54,989 nucleotides of DNA from a virus (IMGVR_UViG_3300030107_002762:1-54989), one strand, 5' to 3'. Counted from the first letter of the stretch, positions 18,563-28,920 are shown. A program made the numbers and translations. Notes: generated by a model not told the origin, from the letters alone.

Positions 18563-18889
18563 TTACTGAATAGGTATAGTGGTAGCTCCTGCTAAAGAAA
18601 CCGTAACTTTGCCAAGTGCTGTTGTACCTTGTGTACCTTTTTCTGTACCTGTATAAATATCAACCCATTGTTCTCCTGTCCAAAGTTGTATTTGGTTTGT
18701 TGATAAATTCCAAATTAAATCTCCTGTTCTAAAACTTGTAGAATTTCTTTGTTCTTCTGTAAAGTTATTAGTCGAACCAACATCTACTTTATTTAAGCTA
18801 AGTTCTAAGATTCTTACTAATCTATTAAATATCTCAGGAGACAGTTCATTTTGAGCAAAAGGTAATTTAGTTTCTAATATTTTAGCCAT
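18563..18889 (-). CDS. Tail-associated hypothetical protein
   Basis: GDLIWNLSTNQIQLWTGEQW fibre-type motif. Confidence 0.55.
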   Translation of the reverse strand: MAKILETKLPFAQNELSPEIFNRLVRILELSLNKVDVGSTNNFTEEQRNSTSFRTGDLIWNLSTNQIQLWTGEQWVDIYTGTEKGTQGTTALGKVTVSLAGATTIPIQ

Positions 18890-20766
18890 TATCTTTTACC
18901 GTCAGGTTGTGTTTCTATACGTGTTGCCCCTACTTTAAACCCTAGTCCTGTTACAGTAGTGTCTGTATCATCAGATTGAATTCTTAATACTGCTTGTCTA
19001 CCTCTAACTCTAGTATCTATTTTAGTTGTTACTGAGGTACAAGAACCAGTAGCTCCTACGCTTAAATCTTCTCCAGGAAAATTTCTTTTCTTTAAAACTA
19101 AATTTACTTTTTGTCCAGAAGCACCTGTGCTTCCTGTGCCATTAAAAGTTACATCAGGTATTATTCTACTAACAAACTGAAACTCATCTCCTTCACCTAA
19201 ATCGAAATCACTAGACTCTATAAAAACATTAGTCATAGCATTTCCATCATCATCATTACCTAATTCATGATCAAATAAATAATTAGAAGAAGTTGCTTTA
19301 GGGTTAGCAAAAATACCTTCATCTAACCAAGCTGTTCTAGAAAGTTCTCCTATCATCCAAACATTTTCTTCATAATTATAAGTAACGTATTTGTCTATAA
19401 CATTAGAACCTGCCGAGCAATAAAACCAACCTACTTCACTAAATTCTTTATTTAAAAAACCGAAGGTTTGATAACTTTGTGTTTCGTTTATATTACCAAA
19501 AACATGTTCTTCTACAGAACACGGTAGTTTTACTACAGAACCTGCATAATTATAAAAACCTTTTTTATCCATCCAAAACACTCCTTTAGACGTGTTTATC
19601 ATGGCGTTAGGACCTATAGACCCCACTCCTTCGTTTATTAAATTAACACCAAAAGTAAATGGTTGTCCTATAAAAGACATAGAAAATAATGCAGTGTCTG
19701 TCCAAATTAATATTTCTTGTCTAGTTCTAATAGCTCCTACTATTTGAGAACCAGAAGAAAGTCTTAAAGAACCTGCAGTATTTGTTGTTTTTGGCTCCCA
19801 CTCAGCAACATTCTCTTGATCACTAAACGCTATAAATAGAGGGTCTATTGCTCCTGTTCTAGCCGTGCCTGAAGCATTTAACGGGTCTGCTCCAAAACAA
19901 ATTACGTGTCTATCTACATCTGAAACCATTGTTTGTAATGCAAGTGTGGGGGCTAAGTTAGCTCCTGCTAAATCAGTTAAAGCTACCGCTCTATTGTTAG
20001 TGCCATTAGTTTTATCCCAATAATAAACACTACCTCCTCTAACATTTATTAATAAATCTTCACCAAAATTATCATGTGTCCATAAACGTAATTGATTATT
20101 ACCCCCCAACGAAGAAGAACTTCCCCAACTGCCTGATCCCCAAGCGTCTGCTCCCCAACCAGTAGCGGGTACATAAACATCTAAACCTACGTTTATTTGG
20201 TAAACTCCGTCAACTCCTGAACCTCCGTTTCCTGTATCACTACTATTAGCGGTAACAGTAACTCCAGAAGTATTTTTAGCGGTTATAGTATACGTATTAG
20301 CGGTAGGTACTGTTTCTACTTCATATTCTTGATTTAGAACATTAGAGTTTATATTACCGCCTAAACTTACTGCTCCTGATAAAGTTACAAAATCTCCTTG
20401 AACAGCACCGTGTGAGGAATCAGTAACTGTTAAAGTGCTAGAGCCATTAGTCGCTGCAAAAGTTATTGAATCAGTACTGGTTTTTCTAATAGGGGTGATG
20501 TCGTTAAAATCGGTGCCGTCTAATATGTAATATTTTACCGTTGTGCCTAACCCAAGATATTTAGTTCCATCTATCGCAACCCAAGCATGTAACCCTCTAC
20601 CTGTGCCTAAGTAAGTAGAAGAAGTAGCTTTAGTCCAACCACCTATTTTTTCGGGTAATCCTTTTTTAAAACGAACTAAATTACTATCAAACCAACCACC
20701 TTCGTTAGCATAAGCAGTAGCTTCTTTATTAATTCCTGGTCTAAATATTAATTTCTGCAAAGGCAT
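18889..20766 (-). CDS. Tail nozzle / DNA stabilization protein (P22 gp10-like)
   Basis: Beta-propeller-like composition; PGINKE..WFD N-terminus, QPDGKR C-terminus; tail position. Confidence 0.7.
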   Translation of the reverse strand: MPLQKLIFRPGINKEATAYANEGGWFDSNLVRFKKGLPEKIGGWTKATSSTYLGTGRGLHAWVAIDGTKYLGLGTTVKYYILDGTDFNDITPIRKTSTDSITFAATNGSSTLTVTDSSHGAVQGDFVTLSGAVSLGGNINSNVLNQEYEVETVPTANTYTITAKNTSGVTVTANSSDTGNGGSGVDGVYQINVGLDVYVPATGWGADAWGSGSWGSSSSLGGNNQLRLWTHDNFGEDLLINVRGGSVYYWDKTNGTNNRAVALTDLAGANLAPTLALQTMVSDVDRHVICFGADPLNASGTARTGAIDPLFIAFSDQENVAEWEPKTTNTAGSLRLSSGSQIVGAIRTRQEILIWTDTALFSMSFIGQPFTFGVNLINEGVGSIGPNAMINTSKGVFWMDKKGFYNYAGSVVKLPCSVEEHVFGNINETQSYQTFGFLNKEFSEVGWFYCSAGSNVIDKYVTYNYEENVWMIGELSRTAWLDEGIFANPKATSSNYLFDHELGNDDDGNAMTNVFIESSDFDLGEGDEFQFVSRIIPDVTFNGTGSTGASGQKVNLVLKKRNFPGEDLSVGATGSCTSVTTKIDTRVRGRQAVLRIQSDDTDTTVTGLGFKVGATRIETQPDGKR

Positions 20767-20788
20767 AGCTCATCGTATTATATCAGTA

Positions 20789-21133
20789 TTACGTTAAAGT
20801 TTTTGTTACAGATGTTGGTGTAACTTTTTCTGCTATTTCAGCATCTAAAGAAGCTTTCATTTCAGTAACTTTATCGCTACCTAATGCAGTTTCAACCCAG
20901 CCCTGAACATCGCTTGTTTTTAAACTAGACCAATTAATAAAAGATGACAGGTCAGAAGTATCTAAAGTTTGACTGCCGTACACTGTTGCTGTTTGAAAAT
21001 TATCTTCAGAGTCTTTATTAGTGTCATCGGTAGCTGTCAGTCGCCAATGCACATTATGTACTACGTTTGATTTTCCGCTTTTTGTGGGGTAGGTATCACA
21101 AGTTGAAACATCCCATGCGTATGATATTGCCAT
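20789..21133 (-). CDS. Tail-fibre-associated small protein
   Basis: Follows the fibre gene; VVHNVHWRL, VQGWV. Confidence 0.55.
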   Translation of the reverse strand: MAISYAWDVSTCDTYPTKSGKSNVVHNVHWRLTATDDTNKDSEDNFQTATVYGSQTLDTSDLSSFINWSSLKTSDVQGWVETALGSDKVTEMKASLDAEIAEKVTPTSVTKTLT

Positions 21134-21135
21134 TT

Positions 21136-23061
21136 TTATTTTCCTTTGAGTGTGTTTATTTCAGTTTGTAAAGCTTCAATCTGTGCTTGTTGTTCTTGAA
21201 CTGCTTTTATTAGTACAGGTGTTAGTTTTAAATAATCTAAACTATAATCTGATTGGTTTTCATCATCTTTAGGATCGTGTTGTAAAAGCCAAGTGCTATT
21301 TTTTTCTATACCTACTTCACTTAAAGATTTTTCTAAGTCTTGTGCTATTAAACCAAACATTTTAGGAGAGCCCTCATCGTCAATTTTATAATTGTATTGA
21401 CTTGGTTTTAATTTAGCGATTAAGTTCAAACCTAAATCTAAATCACTAATATCTCTCTTGAAATTTTTATCTGAAGGTAAGGAATTAGCATTTGTGCTAA
21501 TAGTTCCAACTTGACTTGAGTTTTTTCTTAAATCAAGTAAAACCCCGTCACTTGACAATCTGTTCAATAATAAAGGTGTTCCACCACTTTTTGTAATTCT
21601 AGCTGCATTACTTTCAAATTCAAAACCCTCTGAACTCACTGCTGCTGCTGTTTTGTTAATTAAAAAATCACCACCAGAAGTAATCCTGACTCTCTCACTA
21701 CCACCAGCTGAAAGTTTTAGACCAGCACCACTGACAGCAAAAATTTCAGCTAAAGAATCAGTGTTGTCAAAGTTAAAATTTGCTTTGGTAGTGCCATTAT
21801 TAGCTATAGTAAGTTGTGTAAATCTATCGCCATCATTGTCTAACCTAAGTTGATCACCATTATCCGCTTTTATATCGACTTTCATGCTTGGACTTGTATT
21901 CCCTATTCCAACACGACCTGCTGCTGACATATCAAGCGTAAGAGCAGTAATTTCTGAGCCACCATCGTTACCTTTAAAAATAATGTCTTTATCTTGTACT
22001 TTAGACTCTATAACAAAATCAGATGATGAATTTACAAAATCTCCAATAGCAGTGCCACCATCACTAAATGTAACATTACCACCATCTGCATCAAGAATAA
22101 TATCTCCTGCAACATCTATTGTTAAGTCACCGCTAGATAAATCTATTTCTGTGCTATCTATAGTTATGTTGTCTGCAACTAATGACCCACCAGTAATAGC
22201 ACCAGTAGTTGTAATCGTACTAGAACCAGTATCGATTGTTCCAAAACCGCTCGTAATTGATCCTGAATCTAATGCACCTGTAGTAACAATACTTGAACTA
22301 CCTGCAGCAGCAGAAGCACCTATATCTGATAGGACTTCACTCGCTGACCTACCTTCTATGGCTGTACCATTAACTCTTAAGAAATCGTCATCAACTACGC
22401 CACTTGTAAATTTAGGCACATTGTTATTAGAAATACCAGTGCTTAAAGTGGCTGTGGTTGTAATAGATGTGCCGTCTAAAGTCATAGCATCAGCTTCTAA
22501 TGTGCCGTCTACATCTACATCACCTGAAATATCTAAATTAGTAAATACAGATGTGCCTGTAACTGTTAAATCTCCTCCAACAGAAACGTCATCGGTAACT
22601 GTTAAATCATCTTGTACTTTTAAATCAACAACTGAAAGACTAGCAAAAGCATCCACCATAGCTGCACCAGAACCAGCACCGTCAGAATAAATGACTTTAG
22701 TGTCTCCTGGAGGTATAGTTACACTAGCTCCACTTCCTTGAGAAATGATTATATTTTGAGAACCACTTGTGCCATTTTCTATAAACCAAAGTTTAGAAAT
22801 AGTGTTTGGACCGATAGTAATAGTACAAGCAGAATCTAAAGTACCTGTGTATTTAAGGTACATTGATCTTCCTGGATCAGTAGCACCATCAGCTACAGTT
22901 GTAGTATGTGTGTCTGCATTAGTAGTTATGGCTTCTGTACCATAACTAAATGCTTCTGCAATTAACTCTAGGTTAGTGTTGGTAATCGTACCCCACGTAC
23001 CACTAGCGTCTCCAGTAGCTAACTCGTTTAATCTTAAATCGTTTACATATGTACTTGCCAT
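21136..23061 (-). CDS. Tail fibre with C-terminal intramolecular chaperone (peptidase S74)
   Basis: G/S/T-rich beta repeats, GRVGIG; SDKNFKRDI...GLIAQDLE followed by a coiled coil. Confidence 0.88.
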   Translation of the reverse strand: MASTYVNDLRLNELATGDASGTWGTITNTNLELIAEAFSYGTEAITTNADTHTTTVADGATDPGRSMYLKYTGTLDSACTITIGPNTISKLWFIENGTSGSQNIIISQGSGASVTIPPGDTKVIYSDGAGSGAAMVDAFASLSVVDLKVQDDLTVTDDVSVGGDLTVTGTSVFTNLDISGDVDVDGTLEADAMTLDGTSITTTATLSTGISNNNVPKFTSGVVDDDFLRVNGTAIEGRSASEVLSDIGASAAAGSSSIVTTGALDSGSITSGFGTIDTGSSTITTTGAITGGSLVADNITIDSTEIDLSSGDLTIDVAGDIILDADGGNVTFSDGGTAIGDFVNSSSDFVIESKVQDKDIIFKGNDGGSEITALTLDMSAAGRVGIGNTSPSMKVDIKADNGDQLRLDNDGDRFTQLTIANNGTTKANFNFDNTDSLAEIFAVSGAGLKLSAGGSERVRITSGGDFLINKTAAAVSSEGFEFESNAARITKSGGTPLLLNRLSSDGVLLDLRKNSSQVGTISTNANSLPSDKNFKRDISDLDLGLNLIAKLKPSQYNYKIDDEGSPKMFGLIAQDLEKSLSEVGIEKNSTWLLQHDPKDDENQSDYSLDYLKLTPVLIKAVQEQQAQIEALQTEINTLKGK

Positions 23062-23103
23062 GGTCTTTCCTCGTTTTGATTATATTATGTTTTTTACTCC
23101 CTG

Positions 23104-24006
23104 TTAAGCAACTTCTTCATAGTTTGGTGTTTGAGTTGTATTCACAGAGCTGTAATTTGGTGTTTGACTAGTGTTTACGCCACTATAACTTGGTGTTTGA
23201 CTTGTATTTACATTGCTGTAGTTTGGTGTTTGACTTGTATTTACAGGACTATAACTTGGTGTTTGACTTGTATCAATTAAACCATAAACTAAAACATTTT
23301 CAAGAGTAAACGTCGCTACTTGCCCTGTAGCTAACGTAACGGCTTTTGCTATAATCGTTTCGTCACCCTGACTACTTGTTAAACTAAACCCTGATACAGT
23401 AATAGTATTACTAGAGCTTTGTGTTACCGTTCCTAATGAAGAAGTAGCGGTATTGCCAGTAACGCTTATATTAGCAGGACCGACTATGCTTTCATCACCT
23501 AATCCAGTACTTGCTGCTACGCCCTCTTCTACTATTAGTGCTGTTGCAATAACTGTTTCACTTCCTAAAGCTGAAGTTCCTGCTACCCCCTCTTCTACTA
23601 TTACTGCTCCTGCAGTGACTGATTCATCACCTAGTGCAGTGGTTCCTACATTTCCTGTGACAGATATATTAGCAGAACAAGATACGCTTTCGTCACCTAA
23701 ACCTGAAGTAGATGTTGTAGCAGTTACTCCCTGTACTGCCTCTCCTATTACAACTGAATTACCTACTCCAGTTGTACCTGTAAGCCCTGTTTCTACAACT
23801 GTAGCACTACAAGTTACAGTAACAGTACCTAATCCGCTTGTAGCAGCAAGTCCTTCCTCTACTACATTAGCAGAACATAGAATAGTTTCTGAACCAAGTG
23901 CTGAAGTGCTATTAACACCTGTAACACTTACGTTTACATTTATAACTACAGGCTGACCCCATGGACCTGAGCCCCAAGTGCCACGACCCCAACCTACGGA
24001 CGACAT
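23104..24006 (-). CDS. Repetitive structural / fibre-like protein
   Basis: GWGRGTWG N-terminus, about 19-aa LGDES repeats, C-terminal 11-aa repeats. Confidence 0.6.
   Translation of the reverse strand: MSSVGWGRGTWGSGPWGQPVVINVNVSVTGVNSTSALGSETILCSANVVEEGLAATSGLGTVTVTCSATVVETGLTGTTGVGNSVVIGEAVQGVTATTSTSGLGDESVSCSANISVTGNVGTTALGDESVTAGAVIVEEGVAGTSALGSETVIATALIVEEGVAASTGLGDESIVGPANISVTGNTATSSLGTVTQSSSNTITVSGFSLTSSQGDETIIAKAVTLATGQVATFTLENVLVYGLIDTSQTPSYSPVNTSQTPNYSNVNTSQTPSYSGVNTSQTPNYSSVNTTQTPNYEEVA
23120..23273. repeat. 33-bp coding tandem repeat, about 5 copies
   Basis: TTGGTGTTTGA recurs every 33 nt; encodes (D/N)TSQTP(S/N)YSxV. Confidence 0.9.
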
Positions 24007-24011
24007 TTAAT

Positions 24012-24443
24012 TTAAGCTATTCTTATAATAGCGTTACTTGCATCAGCGGTGGGAAACTGTATAGTAAAGTCTCCATTAGTAGATGTTTTATCACCACCAA
24101 AAGCAAGTACACATACTGCAGGATCACCTGAAGCTGTGTCGTTAAATATTAATGCTCCGTTAGCAGTTATAGTAGCACTACTAAAAGTTAAATCGGCAAA
24201 ATCAGTAAACGCAGTTGTGCTTGATGTTGTTGGATCAACTCTAGTTAAACTAGCTCCTTTTGCTGTGTAACCTGTACCACTTACTTCATTAGAAGTAGTG
24301 TATGCAGTTGTACCTGCACCTAAAGACGCAGAGCTAGTATATAAAGCTAAATTGAATGTGCTACCGCCTGAGTTTTTAAAATTATGCACACCTTCTAAAA
24401 GTTCTTGTTTGAAAGATGTACACATTGCTTGTGATATAGCCAT
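24012..24443 (-). CDS. Virion structural protein
   Basis: SFKQELL, LALYTS, GYTAKG, DFTIQFP. Confidence 0.65.
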   Translation of the reverse strand: MAISQAMCTSFKQELLEGVHNFKNSGGSTFNLALYTSSASLGAGTTAYTTSNEVSGTGYTAKGASLTRVDPTTSSTTAFTDFADLTFSSATITANGALIFNDTASGDPAVCVLAFGGDKTSTNGDFTIQFPTADASNAIIRIA

Positions 24444-24721
24444 TATAGCCTCCTTATAATTTCAGCCATTTTATGATGACCTTGTTTTTCTAAAAGACCT
24501 GCTACTGTGCTTCTATCAGAAGCTATAGCCTGTCTTAAGTACAATAAAACAACTTTTTCAATATTCTCTTTAAAAGCTCTAGCTTGAGCTTGTACTAAAG
24601 GATCAGCGTTATCGCTAACTTGAACTAAGCGTTCCATTATTCTTTCAGTCCAATATTCTGGACTTAATCCTGTATTTTGTGTAGTTTTTATGGCTACGTC
24701 TCCTACTTTTATTTCATACAT
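24443..24721 (-). CDS. Hypothetical protein
   Basis: Coupled in the operon; QAQARAFK. Confidence 0.6.
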   Translation of the reverse strand: MYEIKVGDVAIKTTQNTGLSPEYWTERIMERLVQVSDNADPLVQAQARAFKENIEKVVLLYLRQAIASDRSTVAGLLEKQGHHKMAEIIRRL

Positions 24722-25382
24722 TAGACATTCCTTGTGGGTTTATTTTTAAGTTATCGCTTCTAGCTTCGTCTCTAACATCTTTAAACTCTCCTAAGACTTT
24801 CAACATTGCTAATGCTTCTTGAAATTTTTGTTCATACATCATAACAGTTTCAGGTGAAGATTTCATAAACACTGCTCCTTCAACTAAGGAACCAAACAAT
24901 AAAGCATTAGGTGCGTTATCGGATAACCAACTTTGATTATCGTCTCCTACTGTAGTTACTGAACTAGGTCGGTAATTATAATGTAGCTCTACCGTAAAAT
25001 TATCTGAAGGTGTAGGAGCTATAATAAAACTATCTTGGTCGAACTGTGCATAAAATAGTGGAGCACCTGTAGTAGTGGCATTAGGGGTATAGTCTCTGAT
25101 CCAAGAGACGTGTTTTAATAATAAATAACTATAATTACTACTAGAATCTAAAACCGCTAAACTAAACGGTGATAAAAAATCAGTAGGTTTCGATAAATAC
25201 GGTGAATTAGCCGATAGCGTACCTGTAACATTTTTACGAAACACAGGAAGTTGCACTGTTTTTAAAATACGTTCTTCTGTTGTTTCAATAAAATTATTAA
25301 TATTATTAACAAACGTTGTTTCTGAATTATCTAAATAATCCTGGATTGCTGTTTTTAAACTGCTATAAGTAAACCCTGCCAT
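24714..25382 (-). CDS. Head-tail adaptor / tail tubular protein
   Basis: TYSSLKTAIQDY, APTP, WLSDNAPNALLFGSL. Confidence 0.65.
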   Translation of the reverse strand: MAGFTYSSLKTAIQDYLDNSETTFVNNINNFIETTEERILKTVQLPVFRKNVTGTLSANSPYLSKPTDFLSPFSLAVLDSSSNYSYLLLKHVSWIRDYTPNATTTGAPLFYAQFDQDSFIIAPTPSDNFTVELHYNYRPSSVTTVGDDNQSWLSDNAPNALLFGSLVEGAVFMKSSPETVMMYEQKFQEALAMLKVLGEFKDVRDEARSDNLKINPQGMSNV

Positions 25383-25711
25383 TACGTTATACTCACGGTT
25401 ACGGTGCCTACGGCTGTTGTACCGAAAGCTCCTTCAAATTTAGTACCAATAATATCGCTAGTTGCTAACAAACCTCCTGCTGCCGTTACTAAACCTAATT
25501 GAGCTTGAGGTAATGGTACTTCAGGTCTTGTTCTAGGTAGTGCTTCAGAATCAACACTAACTGTAGGTGGGTCTAGTTGTGGGTGTTTTGGTTCATACTG
25601 ATCAGGACCTACTAAAAGACCATTCCATGTTCTTTTCATGTCTTTTAATTTATAACGAACTCCCGATATATCACAAATACCGTAAGCGTATTTACCTGAT
25701 GCGTATGCCAT
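25382..25711 (-). CDS. Hypothetical structural protein
   Basis: GICDISG, WNGLLV, EPKHPQL. Confidence 0.55.
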   Translation of the reverse strand: MAYASGKYAYGICDISGVRYKLKDMKRTWNGLLVGPDQYEPKHPQLDPPTVSVDSEALPRTRPEVPLPQAQLGLVTAAGGLLATSDIIGTKFEGAFGTTAVGTVTVSIT

Positions 25712-26382
25712 TATATATACTCATGTTTTGGAACGATTTTTAACGGTGAACGATCTTCATCGTAAGCTATCGCTCTGGCTAAATCTTCTTCGTATTGTTG
25801 TTTAAGTAAAGGTACTTTTTGAATGTTCTTTTTTAAACAAAGATAATACGCTAACCCTGAAACTAAACAAGCAACAAATCTAGTAGGTATATCTACGTCG
25901 TTAACTTGTGCTGCAGAATCTTCAACTGTACGCCAAACATAGTAAATGAGTTTGTCCGTTGAGTTCTCAGGCGTTGGATAAAGATGAATAACTGGAGCTT
26001 TTAAACGTTCTAACCAATACTGAGTTGGTCTTGCTTGTGTTGATTTATTAGGAATACTAATATATTCGTTACGGTCTATTCTATCCATAACTAAATCAGT
26101 CACACTACTGCTTACTGTTCTTTGAATATAAGCGTCTAAAATATCAATATCAAAAGAATTTATTGTATATTCGTTAGTGCCTTTAGTAAGAGTTAGCTCT
26201 ACTTTAGCTATTTCCCACATTTGAACGCCTCTGTTAGACCAATCAGCAAACATAACGTTCATAGAACGACGAGCAGTAATACTATCGTAAGACGTACGAG
26301 CCTCTAACCCTGCGAGTTCGTACGCCTCTTCGATAGCTGTTGCTACGTCTAAACCAAATGTACGCGTACCTGATGTTGCCAT
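25711..26382 (-). CDS. Head-tail adaptor (P22 gp4-like / tail tubular protein A)
   Basis: IEEAYE, WSNRG, RPTQY, LYPTP, GLAYYL. Confidence 0.7.
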   Translation of the reverse strand: MATSGTRTFGLDVATAIEEAYELAGLEARTSYDSITARRSMNVMFADWSNRGVQMWEIAKVELTLTKGTNEYTINSFDIDILDAYIQRTVSSSVTDLVMDRIDRNEYISIPNKSTQARPTQYWLERLKAPVIHLYPTPENSTDKLIYYVWRTVEDSAAQVNDVDIPTRFVACLVSGLAYYLCLKKNIQKVPLLKQQYEEDLARAIAYDEDRSPLKIVPKHEYI

Positions 26383-26384
26383 TA

Positions 26385-26786
26385 TTAATAATTTTTGGTT
26401 AACACTAAAATTATTGAATAAGCGTCTCCATTACTAGCACTAACTGTGGTGAAATCTATATCACCAGTTACGCCAGAACCTGCGTTATTAGGTATACCAC
26501 CAAACGTATCATATTCTTCGTCTCCCGTGCTGTCTGCAGGTAAACAAATCGCTAACACATTTGTTGAAGCATCGAACTCAATATCGACGCCCATACCTCT
26601 ACACGCCCAATAAATCCTTTTTATAGTTACTGAAGAACAAGCATTACCTGCTCCATCTGTTGATAAAGCGGAAACATCTACTTTCTTAACAGAAGCTTCT
26701 CCTGTACCGTCTGATTCATTAGTAAACTTCACGACGGCGGTTTTAACGCCGTCTATGATAGTTTGACTTGTTACTGTATCAGCCAT
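26385..26786 (-). CDS. Hypothetical structural protein
   Basis: Beta-rich; head-tail gene region. Confidence 0.55.
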   Translation of the reverse strand: MADTVTSQTIIDGVKTAVVKFTNESDGTGEASVKKVDVSALSTDGAGNACSSVTIKRIYWACRGMGVDIEFDASTNVLAICLPADSTGDEEYDTFGGIPNNAGSGVTGDIDFTTVSASNGDAYSIILVLTKNY

Positions 26787-26799
26787 AAGTTACCTCCTA

Positions 26800-27306
26800 T
26801 TATGCATCAGCAAATGGTGTAACTATAGTGCCTGAACCTAAAATTATACCTTCGACAGCGTATTTAGCTGAACCGATAGCAGTAATTTTAACAATACTAC
26901 CCGCTAGTCCACCTTTAGTAGAACCATTCATAGTAATAACATCATTAGACGCACCAGAGATAAAAGTTTTACCTGTAGCGTCATCTTTACCTGTATATAG
27001 TCCACCAACAAATTTGTCAGTACCATCAGTTAAAATATCCATGTCAGTCGCTGCTGTTTCTACTACAAAGAAGAAACTAGCTCCTAAATTATTTAACTGA
27101 CTAGGTTCATCGTCTCTTCCAGGAGCAGTAGCTACAATACTAGGTAAAGTAAATTTACCGTCAGCGTCATTACAAGTTAATATTTTTCCTGCGTGAGCGT
27201 CTACCGTTAAAGTAGTGTCTGCTGTTAAACTGACCACATTAGCATTACCTGCGGAAATAAATCCTGCAAGTGATCTAACTGGTCCACTGAATGTTGATTT
27301 TGCCAT
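26800..27306 (-). CDS. Putative capsid-associated / head fibre protein
   Basis: STFSGPVRS N-terminus; follows the major capsid gene. Confidence 0.55.
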   Translation of the reverse strand: MAKSTFSGPVRSLAGFISAGNANVVSLTADTTLTVDAHAGKILTCNDADGKFTLPSIVATAPGRDDEPSQLNNLGASFFFVVETAATDMDILTDGTDKFVGGLYTGKDDATGKTFISGASNDVITMNGSTKGGLAGSIVKITAIGSAKYAVEGIILGSGTIVTPFADA

Positions 27307-27325
27307 ATTAAGTCTCCTTAATTGA

Positions 27326-27383
27326 ATCTATCGTCTTGGCTTGTCTGCTAGGGCAGTCGATAGATATGTTGTAATATCCCTAG
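27326..27383 (-). ncRNA. Candidate structured 5' leader (pseudoknot)
   Basis: AUCUAUCG/CGAUAGAU stem; inner CUGC/GCAG hairpin whose CCCUAG can pair with upstream CUAGGG. Confidence 0.55.
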
Positions 27384-27412
27384 TTGTTTTGTCATTCTAG
27401 CTCATCCATTTC

Positions 27413-27442
27413 AAAAAAGAAAGGGAGCCGAAGCTCCCTTTC
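27413..27442 (-). terminator. Rho-independent terminator after the capsid gene
   Basis: GAAAGGGAGC-UUCG-GCUCCCUUUC followed by a U-run. Confidence 0.9.
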
Positions 27443-27459
27443 CTAAATAACGTAAGTGA

Positions 27460-28368
27460 TTACGCTCCTGGTGATCCAAAGATTCCTCTCCAGTCACTAA
27501 AACCAAAACTATAACGTTCTCTCGCCTTATATCTAACGTTACCAGTTTCGAAGTCTCCTTCCATGCTGGTTGCTACAGGTGATCTAACGAAGTGTTTAAG
27601 TCCGTTAGGAACATCAGTTTTGATGAAGAAAGCGTCAGTATCTGTTAAATAATGATTAACTACGTAACCTTCTGAGACCATGCCCATGTTACGAATAGCG
27701 TTAATATCATTGTCAGATGTACCAACTCTTCCAGGAGTTTCCATCAGTCTGTCTGCTACGAATTGCAAAGCAGGTGGTATGATTAACCTTCTTGCTTGTG
27801 CATTGATCTTTAAGTTTCTTTCATCTCTGAAGTCAGCGATATCTATTAACGCTTGTTCGAGTGAAGTTTCATTAAGATCAGCTGAAGTAGACAGCTCGTT
27901 TCTCAATTCAACGTTTGCAACAGTTGGATGGTCTGTAGCACAAAGCTCTTTTCCATCACCACCAACGAATGAAGAACTAAACGCATTATTTAATACGTTA
28001 GCTGCTTTCACTTGTTTTGTTTGTTGCATAGAACGTGCTAAAGCTCTTGTGTATCTAGAAGAAAGAGTATCGTAGAGATTATCTTCGATAGCTTCTTCTG
28101 TTAACGCAAACGCTAAAGCTACGGTTTCATGAGTGTAACGAGAGGTAAATGATTCTTGTGCAGTCTCATATACCACCGCGGCTCCTTCACCTTTTACAGG
28201 TGCTTCCCCGAATCCACTTAACATAACTTCTTCTTCGAAAGCTCTTTCTGAGGTTTCTGTGTCGAAGATGTCTTCGTGTTCATCGTTGTAACGTTCGTAC
28301 TCTAATCCGAAAAGAGCATGAAGTCCAGGAACAAGTTCTTTTACGAGTTGTGCTCTGTTAATTGCCAT
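27460..28368 (-). CDS. Major capsid protein
   Basis: LVKELVPGL, SERAFEE, YTHETVALAF, RYKARERYSFG; followed by a strong terminator. Confidence 0.9.
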   Translation of the reverse strand: MAINRAQLVKELVPGLHALFGLEYERYNDEHEDIFDTETSERAFEEEVMLSGFGEAPVKGEGAAVVYETAQESFTSRYTHETVALAFALTEEAIEDNLYDTLSSRYTRALARSMQQTKQVKAANVLNNAFSSSFVGGDGKELCATDHPTVANVELRNELSTSADLNETSLEQALIDIADFRDERNLKINAQARRLIIPPALQFVADRLMETPGRVGTSDNDINAIRNMGMVSEGYVVNHYLTDTDAFFIKTDVPNGLKHFVRSPVATSMEGDFETGNVRYKARERYSFGFSDWRGIFGSPGA

Positions 28369-28380
28369 GATCTATTCTCC

Positions 28381-28920
28381 TTAAACTGCGAATGTGTTAG
28401 TTGGGAAGGTGAAGTAAGCTCTAGCATTAGCTCCTATTTCATTACTAGGAGATAAGTCAAAACCTACACACAAAGCAACACCACTTGAAGTAGTTGCAGT
28501 TACACCTTCTTTCGATCTGCCAGTAGTTGTACTACCTGCAGTTGTTGAGAGAGTGTACTTATCGCCGATAAAACTTACCGCAGGAGTTCCTGCTGTAAAT
28601 TGAGCTTCGTATACGATCCCAGGATCATTGTATACAAGAGCTTCGGCGTCTGCACTACCTAAAGTTGCTGTGCCGCCAGTCCACACTTTTGAAAACGTAG
28701 GCGTTCCATCCGTTGCCGTAAAAAATACTCCATAAAAAACACCTACAGGAGTACCAGTTGCCGTGCCTTGAATGACATATCCACTAGATAAATTAACTAC
28801 ATCACCACTAAATATTGATGCTGAAGTTCCACTAGCTATTCTCATTCTTGCAGGTCTGATAGTACCACCGTACATGTGATATGCTGGAGTAAACCCATCG
28901 GGTGCATTTACATTAGCCAT
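28381..28920 (-). CDS. Capsid decoration / cement protein
   Basis: MANVNAPDGFTP, IFSGDVV; directly upstream of the capsid gene. Confidence 0.6.
   Translation of the reverse strand: MANVNAPDGFTPAYHMYGGTIRPARMRIASGTSASIFSGDVVNLSSGYVIQGTATGTPVGVFYGVFFTATDGTPTFSKVWTGGTATLGSADAEALVYNDPGIVYEAQFTAGTPAVSFIGDKYTLSTTAGSTTTGRSKEGVTATTSSGVALCVGFDLSPSNEIGANARAYFTFPTNTFAV

Noticed and set aside
23120-23273. Regularly spaced repeats resembling a CRISPR array
   Set aside because: 33-nt in-frame coding repeat with no unique spacers and no cas genes
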